Shown in pieces: positions 9,456 to 16,181 of a stretch of 29,359 bases of DNA; the first letter of the stretch is position 1, and the number at the start of each line of letters is the position of its first letter. A program made the translations under genes and the position numbers. A model generated the notes under the pieces. The model was given only the letters and a program-made list of their open reading frames with translations. It made no database searches and was not told where the DNA came from. Source of the stretch: Acidobacteriota bacterium (GTDB lineage: Bacteria > Acidobacteriota > Terriglobia > Terriglobales > Acidobacteriaceae); contig QIAW01000124.1 in assembly GCA_003225655.1 (NCBI GenBank), positions 1 through 29,359 on the forward strand, given 5' to 3'.

Positions 9456-10052
9456 TTAGCTGATCTGTGGGGTTACCAAGGCCTCGCTGCGATTGCGCAC
9501 CAGGCGCCTGAACGCGCGCGCGATCCATTGCCCAGGGGTCTTATAGCCGCCGCGCTCAATACCTTCGCGCAACATGGTGCGAATTGCCGCCGCCTGCTTG
9601 CGCGCCAGATCTGCCTGCGCCATGTTTTGCGCCAGTTTGGCAGCCTGGTGTGTGTGCTCTGCGGCTTTGTTGCAGACCCGCAATCGCATCCACAACTCGC
9701 CCAGCTTGAGATGGGCAATGAAGCTGTGCGGGTCGAGTGAAACAGCCGTGCGCAACTCCTCGATCGCCGGCTGTACTTCCAGGTTCACGCATAAAGCCAT
9801 GCCAAAAAGCACCCGGAGTTCGGAAACTTCGGGATGCTGCGCGACGCAATCGCGCAGTTGTGCGACCAGTTCAGTGCGCTCCTGTTTTTCGAGCAAACTG
9901 GGGTCTGCGAACATTCGCAGCACCAACCGCTGCGCATTGGAAGGAATAGAGGAGAGAGATAACGATGGGGTTATAGCCTGCTTCAGGGCAAGCGACTCCC
10001 CACTTACATGATTGTTTGCCGGCACATTGTTGTCAGTGATCGTGTTTTTCAT
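9456..10052 (-). CDS. TPR-like helical protein, uncharacterised (198 aa)
   Basis: QHPEVSELRVLFGMAL, AIEELRTAVSLDPHSFIAHLKLGELW TPR pattern; coupled to the antiporter (TAA-CC-ATG). Confidence 0.75.
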   Translation of the reverse strand: MKNTITDNNVPANNHVSGESLALKQAITPSLSLSSIPSNAQRLVLRMFADPSLLEKQERTELVAQLRDCVAQHPEVSELRVLFGMALCVNLEVQPAIEELRTAVSLDPHSFIAHLKLGELWMRLRVCNKAAEHTHQAAKLAQNMAQADLARKQAAAIRTMLREGIERGGYKTPGQWIARAFRRLVRNRSEALVTPQIS

Positions 10053-10090
10053 CTGGTTACCCTGGAAATAGAATTTCTAACATGGCAAAG

Positions 10091-10125
10091 GGCAAGGCGC
10101 GGACAAACAAAGTACGCGCCTTGCC
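10091..10125 (-). terminator. 11-bp stem-loop just downstream of amt1 (weak terminator or mRNA stabiliser)
   Basis: GGCAAGGCGCG / CGCGCCTTGCC with a 13-nt loop; only CTTTG follows on the minus strand. Confidence 0.55.
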
Positions 10126-10151
10126 TAATGAATCCGCAACAAAACTACAAG

Positions 10152-11777
10152 CTACACTGCAGCAGCTTCGCGGTACTCGCGGAATGCCGGAGCTTCCTGA
10201 CGGAAGACAAACTCGGGATATCCAAGCTGGCCCATTTCAGGAATATCCAAGCCTGCCATCTCGGTTTCCGCGGAAACCCGGTGGCCGACAAAGTACTCAA
10301 GCACCATGTTCAGAACGAAGCTGAAGGTGAAAACGAAACCCAGCAAAGTGGAGATTCCTACGAGTTGGGCAGCAAGCTGACTGGCATCTCCGTAGAAGAG
10401 GCCGGTCACCGAACCGGTGACACCGTTCCAGCTTCCTCCGTAGTTGCTGGTGCCATCGGCAAAGAGACCGACCGATAACACACCCCACAGGCCGTTGGCC
10501 CCGTGCACAGAAATAGCGCCGACGGGATCATCTATCTTCAAGACGTTTTCCAAAAAGGCCACGCTGAGGCAAACCAGCACGCCGGCGATGACCAGACCGG
10601 CTAGCAGTCCGTTGCCGCTCATGGAAGCGTCCGGCTTACCCTTCAGAGCCCACATGTAGAGGATCGCGCCGAAAGTACCAGTGCAACCGGCCAGCATGGT
10701 GTTGACTGCAATGGAGCCAATACGCAGGGCGCCGTTTCCGGAGGCTCCCAGAGTGCTGCCGGGATTGAATCCAAACCAGCCGAAGGCCAGGATGAAGCAG
10801 CCGATCAACACGGCGGAAATATCGTGCCCAATAATCGGATTGCTCGAGCCGTCGCGATTGAACTTGCCGATGCGCGGACCGATGATCAGACACACCGCCA
10901 AGGCGGTAATCCCGCCGACTGCGTGTACTACGCCCGAGCCGGCAAAATCACAATATCCTTTACCTAGACCCAGATTGGTTCCCAGTTGCGAGAGCCAGCC
11001 ACCGCCCCAGGCCCAGTTGCCGAATAGCGGGTAGGTAAATGCGCCCATCAGTACGGAAGAAACAGCGAAGGTCAGGAATTTCCAGCGCTCGGCGCAGGCG
11101 CCGGTAACGATGGTGAGGGCCGTATCCATAAACACCATCTGGAAGAGGAACAGCACCATCACAGCGACATCATAGCTGTGTCCTGCCAGGAACATTCCAC
11201 TCTGGCCGAAGAGGCCCCAAGTTTTGTCGAACAAACTAAATGTATGTTCCGGGGTCAGGGAAGCAGTGCCGCCTAGATTGGCAATCCCAGATGACCCGCC
11301 CATTTGAATAGCGAAGCCGATCAGCCAGTAGGCAAGCAGACCGCAGCCGTACACGAAGAAGTTCATCATGTAGGTGTGATTTGCGTTCTTCACCCGGCAC
11401 AGGCCCGCTTCCACCATGGCAAAGCCGGCCTGCATGAACATGACCAGAAAGCCGGTAATGAGCGTCCAAACAAAGTTGATGGCAACCTTGTTTTGCCCTA
11501 CCTGGTTGGCAACATCGGGAAGGGTAACGCCGGCTTTGGAATCCGCCGGCGGGACATCGTTGATGGTGCCGGTTATCGTGCCACCAGGGTCGCCCTTGGC
11601 CAAATCTGCGGCAGCGGGCGCTTTGGAGGCAGCATCCTTGAGTTCAGCCGCCGAGGCTGAAACCGCCGGCGCCGGGGCCGCGGCCGCAGGAGCCGGCGCT
11701 GCCGCTGTCTGCGCCATGGCCCCCATGGTCAAGCCGACCATAAGAATTAAAAGACTTAGACATCGAATTGATTTCAT
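10152..11777 (-). CDS. amt: Ammonium transporter Amt (copy 1, 541 aa) with signal peptide and Ala/Pro-rich N-terminal extension; apparent ~19-aa internal deletion
   Basis: FMQAGFAMVEAG, DFAGSGVVH, GWFGFNPGS, DDPVGAISVH (twin His kept), C-terminal GLDIPEMG. GGAGCAGAGG RBS before ATG 11777. Confidence 0.95.
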   Translation of the reverse strand: MKSIRCLSLLILMVGLTMGAMAQTAAAPAPAAAAPAPAVSASAAELKDAASKAPAAADLAKGDPGGTITGTINDVPPADSKAGVTLPDVANQVGQNKVAINFVWTLITGFLVMFMQAGFAMVEAGLCRVKNANHTYMMNFFVYGCGLLAYWLIGFAIQMGGSSGIANLGGTASLTPEHTFSLFDKTWGLFGQSGMFLAGHSYDVAVMVLFLFQMVFMDTALTIVTGACAERWKFLTFAVSSVLMGAFTYPLFGNWAWGGGWLSQLGTNLGLGKGYCDFAGSGVVHAVGGITALAVCLIIGPRIGKFNRDGSSNPIIGHDISAVLIGCFILAFGWFGFNPGSTLGASGNGALRIGSIAVNTMLAGCTGTFGAILYMWALKGKPDASMSGNGLLAGLVIAGVLVCLSVAFLENVLKIDDPVGAISVHGANGLWGVLSVGLFADGTSNYGGSWNGVTGSVTGLFYGDASQLAAQLVGISTLLGFVFTFSFVLNMVLEYFVGHRVSAETEMAGLDIPEMGQLGYPEFVFRQEAPAFREYREAAAV

Positions 11778-11832
11778 TTCCTCTGCTCCATAGTGTGAAT
11801 TTTGGTTGCGCTGAGCTGTTGCGACTGGCGCA

Positions 11833-12222
11833 TCATGCCTTCCATATAGCGTTCTTGTTAAAAGCCGCGGGTAGCACGTAGAGCATGCCAAGCAGGCTCA
11901 CTGCGATGCCCGCCAGGGCCGCAATAATGCGTCCGCTGGTGCTGGTGGTGAGGTGCATGCCGAAGAGAGTCAACACCCAGCCCAGGCAGGCGAGCAAGGC
12001 GCCAAGCGCTTTCATTCCGCCTGCTCCCGCTTTTTGCGCCGTTGTTCCTTCGGCGGGCTTGATCTTCAAGAACCCAAACAGGCTCGCCAGAAAAACCACG
12101 ACTCCCACCAGCGCGACCACCTTGCCCATGCCGGTAGCAAGATACGCGATGCCGGCACATGCGATTGTCAGTCCCGCCAGAAATAGAGTGAAAAAACTTC
12201 CTTGCGACTTACTTGCCGCCAT
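11833..12222 (-). CDS. Hypothetical four-TM membrane protein (129 aa)
   Basis: Strong RBS GGAGGAGG, four hydrophobic segments, lies directly upstream of amt1. Confidence 0.8.
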   Translation of the reverse strand: MAASKSQGSFFTLFLAGLTIACAGIAYLATGMGKVVALVGVVVFLASLFGFLKIKPAEGTTAQKAGAGGMKALGALLACLGWVLTLFGMHLTTSTSGRIIAALAGIAVSLLGMLYVLPAAFNKNAIWKA

Positions 12223-12266
12223 AAAACCTCCTCCTTGGCCCGTATGGGCCGTTTCCTAAATTAAAT

Positions 12267-12731
12267 TTAAATTGCGTACTCTTCTGGTTTCAGTACTTCC
12301 AGTACTCCGTTACCCATCCAGAAGTGAAGCCCGCACAATCTGGCTTGCATCGCTAGGGAACGAACACTCCACGAAACCTGATCTTCGCGGTTGACGGTGC
12401 CGGCAATAATCAGTTCGGGAGGCTCGCGCACCGGCTGGCGGTAGACGCGGAATATCGCGTTATCAACCCCGGGCAATGCGCAGAACAGAAGCTCACGTAC
12501 TGCCATTGCGTCTTTTAACGCCTGAAGCGAAGCGTTGTGCTCGCCAATCGCCGGCGGCAAATCCTTGTCCCACTCATCGGCAGGACGCGCCATCCAATCG
12601 CACTCCACCTGGTTCTCTCGCAATTGCAGCCGCAACAGGCGCAGCGGAGCGCGCGACAGCTCCCCAAACCGCATCCCTATCCGCAACCCGCGAACGAAGT
12701 AACCGAGTTCCCACAAGCGCTTCATCTTCAT
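12267..12731 (-). CDS. Hypothetical soluble protein (154 aa)
   Basis: Fills the gap in the operon, has an ATGA overlap with the upstream gene and a plausible alpha/beta composition; no family recognised. Confidence 0.7.
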   Translation of the reverse strand: MKMKRLWELGYFVRGLRIGMRFGELSRAPLRLLRLQLRENQVECDWMARPADEWDKDLPPAIGEHNASLQALKDAMAVRELLFCALPGVDNAIFRVYRQPVREPPELIIAGTVNREDQVSWSVRSLAMQARLCGLHFWMGNGVLEVLKPEEYAI

Positions 12732-13036
12732 CGGCTATGAACGCCTCCATCAACTTCACGCCGGGCGGGTAGCGCAAGAAACACCAGAAATTGCAATAAG
12801 ATCGTGACTTCCAAAATCAAAGGCTGCGTTGATTGCAGCCGCAATACCAGCACCAGCGCGACCATGGCGAACCACTGCCAGCGCGAGCGGCGCAACCTTT
12901 CCCAGCGGCCTGGAAGGTGGAAGATGTTGCTCAAAGTTATCTTCTGATCGGGAGGGAAGGGTCCATGCGCAGTAATGCAACTGACCGCGAAAAATCCCGC
13001 GAGTAACAACTCCACTAAAATCATCATCTGCTGCAT
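12728..13036 (-). CDS. Hypothetical membrane protein (about 102 aa, 2-3 TM)
   Basis: CAGGAG RBS before ATG 13036; hydrophobic segments flank WERLRRSRWQW; ATGA overlap with the next gene. Confidence 0.7.
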   Translation of the reverse strand: MQQMMILVELLLAGFFAVSCITAHGPFPPDQKITLSNIFHLPGRWERLRRSRWQWFAMVALVLVLRLQSTQPLILEVTILLQFLVFLALPARREVDGGVHSR

Positions 13037-13110
13037 CCCCGACTCCTGAAACTTGCTGGTCAATCAATTGAAATAGTGCGTATACACTTCCACGCCTTCG
13101 GGCTTTAGCT

Positions 13111-13267
13111 GGCGGAAGACAAAAACACCCCCGCTTTCTGCCGCACAGGACCAATTCCTTGGCTCGTCTTCGAGCGCCTTGTAGTTATGAGTTGGGCACA
13201 GCGTCGTGCCCTAAGAGACCTCTCTGAGGTGGAAGAGAGGCAAGCTGCGATCCTCTAAAATGTTGGT
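13111..13267 (-). promoter_or_regulatory. Structured 5' leader B: three hairpins, ANTAR-target-like
   Basis: P0 stem CCTCTCT/AGAGAGG (13219-13240), P1 GGGCAC-GACGCT-GTGCCC (13194-13211), P2 GCTC-GAAGAC-GAGC (13162-13175), U5 tract (13121-13125). Same spacing as leader A. Confidence 0.7.
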
Positions 13268-13286
13268 AGGCGATTCTGGCGGTGTT

Positions 13287-13340
13287 GACTCAAAAAGTCC
13301 AATTGAAATTTTTGATAGCGGGAATTAGATATCCTAATCA
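13287..13340 (-). promoter_or_regulatory. Conserved promoter/operator block, copy B
   Basis: 51/54 identical to 16050-16103; contains the 26-bp palindrome TCAAAAA-N12-TTTTTGA and ATTAG-N5-CTAAT. Confidence 0.8.
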
Positions 13341-13675
13341 GAGCTGGAAATAAGACTTGAAAAATGAGGCAGATCTACGGTAATCATCTTATTCCTCCCA
13401 CTTTTCCCGTCCGTACCAGGTGGCAGATTCATGTCCGGTACTGGTTTGATGGATTCCTTGGGAGGAGAATCTGTATTTGAACTTTTCGATTCAAATAAAA
13501 CCATGAGAAGCCGATAGGCAGTAATGGGAATCACAGTGAAGACGCAGCCGGCGACTCCAATAACAAATATTGCTTCAGCAGTCTGATCAGCAATCGTATG
13601 AAAGTGTTCAAAATGTGCAAAGAACCGGCGACCGGAGGCGCGTGAGAGCAGGAACCGAATCACATTTACATTCAT
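13334..13675 (-). CDS. Small membrane protein of unknown family, paralog B (up to 113 aa; start uncertain)
   Basis: Core FVIGVAGCVFTVIPITAYRLLMVLFE is paralogous to 7677-7934; lies directly downstream of glnK. Confidence 0.75.
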   Translation of the reverse strand: MNVNVIRFLLSRASGRRFFAHFEHFHTIADQTAEAIFVIGVAGCVFTVIPITAYRLLMVLFESKSSNTDSPPKESIKPVPDMNLPPGTDGKSGRNKMITVDLPHFSSLISSSD

Positions 13676-13736
13676 AATCGACTGACAAAATATCCACACA
13701 CTTGCTCGGCGCTCCTCCGGTCTTTCGGTGGATCGG

Positions 13737-14075
13737 TCAAAGCGCGGAAACTCCCCGCTCCTGGCTGCGGATGCGAATCGCCTCATCCACTTTGTAGAGG
13801 AAGATCTTCCCGTCGCCGATCTTGCCGGTCGAGGCGGTTTTGATGATAGTGTCAACGGCCTCGTTCACAAGCTTATCGTCTAGCACCAGTTCGACTTTGA
13901 TCTTCGGCAGGAGATCAACCTTGTATTCATTGCCGCGATAAGCTTCGGTGTGTCCCTTTTGCCGTCCGTGGCCGCGGACCTCTGACACTGTCATTCCCTC
14001 AACACCGAGCGCGATCAGGGCTTCTTTGACCATCTCAAACTTGGTCGGTTGAATAATGGCTTCAAGTTTTGTCAT
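13737..14075 (-). CDS. glnK: P-II nitrogen regulatory protein (112 aa)
   Basis: EAIIQP, GMTVSEVRGHGRQKG, T-loop YRGNEY (Tyr51 equivalent), TGKIGDGKIF, AIRIR. GGAG RBS; adjacent to amt, hence glnK rather than glnB. Confidence 0.95.
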   Translation of the reverse strand: MTKLEAIIQPTKFEMVKEALIALGVEGMTVSEVRGHGRQKGHTEAYRGNEYKVDLLPKIKVELVLDDKLVNEAVDTIIKTASTGKIGDGKIFLYKVDEAIRIRSQERGVSAL

Positions 14076-14108
14076 CTTTTTTCTCCAGGTGAGTTGTCGA
14101 ACCAACGG

Positions 14109-14138
14109 CAGGAGGCAGAGAGCTTTCTCTGCCTCCTG
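14109..14138 (-). other. 13-bp perfect intercistronic hairpin between amt2 and glnK
   Basis: CAGGAGGCAGAGA-GCTT-TCTCTGCCTCCTG; no U-tract on the transcribed strand. Confidence 0.75.
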
Positions 14139-14143
14139 GATGG

Positions 14144-15754
14144 TTACGTGGTTATCTTTTCGGTGTGCGAGGTGGTCTTGGTAGCCATCGCGTGTTGTTC
14201 TGCCATGCCTTTCGGCATAGCCAGTGACGAGATGACGTATTCCGGATAAGCCGAGATACCATGCTCGTGCAGATCGAGGCCATACAATTCGCCTTCTTCC
14301 GATACCCGCAGCGTGCCGGTTGCATTAACGGCATACATGACCGCCATGGCGACGGCGAAGGTGGCAAGCGTGATGACTGCGCTGCCAATGGCCTGAGCTG
14401 CGAGCACTTGCGTACCACCGCCATAGAAGAGACCTTTCAACGGGGCGGAGTTGTCGGGTGAAACCGGTCCGGTTGCACCATACTTGCCGCAGGCAAACAG
14501 CCCGAGTGATAACGTTCCCCAGATGCCGCAGAAACCATGAACGGGAACGGCGCCGATGGGATCATCAATGCGCAGCCATTCCAGCAATTCAACCCCAAGA
14601 ACCACGAGAACACCGGCAATGCCACCCAGGAGAATGGCGCCCGTGGGGCTGACCCAGTAGCAGGGACAGGTGATGGCAACTAGTCCAGCGAGGAAGCCGT
14701 TTGTAGTAAAGCCAGCGTCCCATTTTTTGGATGACATGTAAGCCCAGAACATGGCGGTCAATCCGGCCGCGCATGCTGCCAGAGTGGTGTTGGCCGCGAC
14801 CCGGCCGATGCCTTCAAAATCCATTGCCGAGAGTGTGCTGCCAGGGTTGAAGCCATACCAGCCGAACCAAAGAATCAGACCGCCGCTGACAGCGATGGTC
14901 AGATCGTGCGGCAGCATAGGAGCGCCACCGTCGCGTTTGAATTTGCGGCCCAGGCGCGGACCAAGAACGATGGAGCCCGCCAGTGCAATGAAACCACCAA
15001 TGGTGTGCACGACCGTGGACCCCGCAAAATCATGGAAGCCCATTCCCAAAGAAGGGAAGAAGTGACCGTCGCTGCCCATCAAGGCAAGCCAGCCATCCGG
15101 CCCCCACGCCCAGTGGCCGATAATTGGATAAATAAAACCGGAAACGGCGAGACTGTAAAGCAGGTCGCCGACGAAGCCGGTGCGTCCGATCATCGCGCCT
15201 GAGGTGATGGTTGAGCAGGTGTCGGCAAAGGCAAACTGGAATATCCAGACCGCAAGAAATGCGACGCCTGTAGTCTCATAGGTAGCCGGCGCGTCTTTGA
15301 GGAAGAACCAGTGATGACCGATGAAGCCGTTGCCGTGGCTGAACATGAAAGCGAAGCCGATGGCATAGAAGAGAATGCCGCAAAGACATGTATCGACGAC
15401 GCATTCCATGAGGACGTTTACGGTCTCACGCGAACGGCAAAAGCCGGCCTCAAGCATGGTGAATCCGACCTGCATGCCGAAGACCAGAAAAGCGGCGATC
15501 AGAGTCCAGGCAGTGTTGACCGGATTGACGACGTCGGCAGCTTTGACCTCCGGGCCGCTATCGGCGTAAACGTGAGCAAAAAAGAGGCCCGAAACGGCCG
15601 CCATGATCAGCAGCACCAAGGCCAGTCCCAGGGCCTTGCCGGCAAAGACGGTTTTCGCATACCGGCGCCACTCCGGATCACGCATGCGGACGGACAAGCG
15701 CGAAAACTTTTGCGATAGAGACAATTTCTTCCCTTCGTGCACAATTGCAGACAT
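14144..15754 (-). CDS. amt: Ammonium transporter Amt (copy 2, 536 aa)
   Basis: GMQVGFTMLEAG, DFAGSTVVH, GWYGFNPGS, GLVAITCP, DDPIGAVPVH, GLDLHEHG; AAGGAG RBS. Confidence 0.96.
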   Translation of the reverse strand: MSAIVHEGKKLSLSQKFSRLSVRMRDPEWRRYAKTVFAGKALGLALVLLIMAAVSGLFFAHVYADSGPEVKAADVVNPVNTAWTLIAAFLVFGMQVGFTMLEAGFCRSRETVNVLMECVVDTCLCGILFYAIGFAFMFSHGNGFIGHHWFFLKDAPATYETTGVAFLAVWIFQFAFADTCSTITSGAMIGRTGFVGDLLYSLAVSGFIYPIIGHWAWGPDGWLALMGSDGHFFPSLGMGFHDFAGSTVVHTIGGFIALAGSIVLGPRLGRKFKRDGGAPMLPHDLTIAVSGGLILWFGWYGFNPGSTLSAMDFEGIGRVAANTTLAACAAGLTAMFWAYMSSKKWDAGFTTNGFLAGLVAITCPCYWVSPTGAILLGGIAGVLVVLGVELLEWLRIDDPIGAVPVHGFCGIWGTLSLGLFACGKYGATGPVSPDNSAPLKGLFYGGGTQVLAAQAIGSAVITLATFAVAMAVMYAVNATGTLRVSEEGELYGLDLHEHGISAYPEYVISSLAMPKGMAEQHAMATKTTSHTEKITT

Positions 15755-15877
15755 TCATTAACTCCTTCATGAATAGAAGATTTTTAATCGGGTTCAGCAG
15801 TGGCTCTTTACACCAAAAGCGGAACAACAAAACTCAGCACGGCAGCGTAGAAAGCCCGGCTCAAGCCAACGGCTAGA

Positions 15878-16030
15878 GACACAAAAACGCAACGGTTCGC
15901 TACCGTACAGGGACTAACTTGCCGGCTCGCCTTTGAGCCTGATATTTCTATGATTTCGGCACCGCGTCGTGCCCGAGAAGCGCCTCTGCTGGAGGAGAGG
16001 CCAGACTGCAGGGTTTCTGCAACTGTTGGT
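15878..16030 (-). promoter_or_regulatory. Structured 5' leader A: three hairpins, ANTAR-target-like
   Basis: P0 stem GCCTCT/AGAGGC (15982-16001), P1 GGCAC-GACGCG-GTGCC (15958-15973), P2 GGCTC-AAAGGC-GAGCC (15924-15939, canonical A1/G4 hexaloop), U5 tract (15883-15887). Confidence 0.75.
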
Positions 16031-16049
16031 CAACTATTCTCTATACATC

Positions 16050-16103
16050 GACTCAAAAAGTCCAATTGAAATTTTTGATAGAGGGAATTAGATCCCCTAA
16101 TCA
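16050..16103 (-). promoter_or_regulatory. Conserved promoter/operator block, copy A
   Basis: The first 32 bp are identical to 13287-13318; 51/54 identity overall. Confidence 0.8.
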
Positions 16104-16181
16104 AAATTCAAAACGAACAACAAAACCGGACCACTGCAAACGAAATGCAGCAGCCCGGTGCCTCGTGTACTGGTACAACTG

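Noticed and set aside
11670-11715. Low-complexity GCC/CCG repeats
   Set aside because: Explained by the Ala/Pro linker codons of amt1; not a tandem repeat array.
13194-15973. GGCACGACGC(T/G)GTGC read as a sigma54 -24/-12 promoter or an NtrC site
   Set aside because: GG to GC spacing is 11 nt, while sigma54 strictly needs 10. GCAC-N6-GTGC is one base short of the NtrC GCAC-N7-GTGC pattern. It also lies downstream of the putative sigma70-type promoter.
13321-16097. NrpR-type operator GGAA-N6-TTCC within the conserved block
   Set aside because: The copies read GGAA-N6-ATCC and GGAA-N6-CCCC (one and two mismatches), and there is no nrpR gene in the window.
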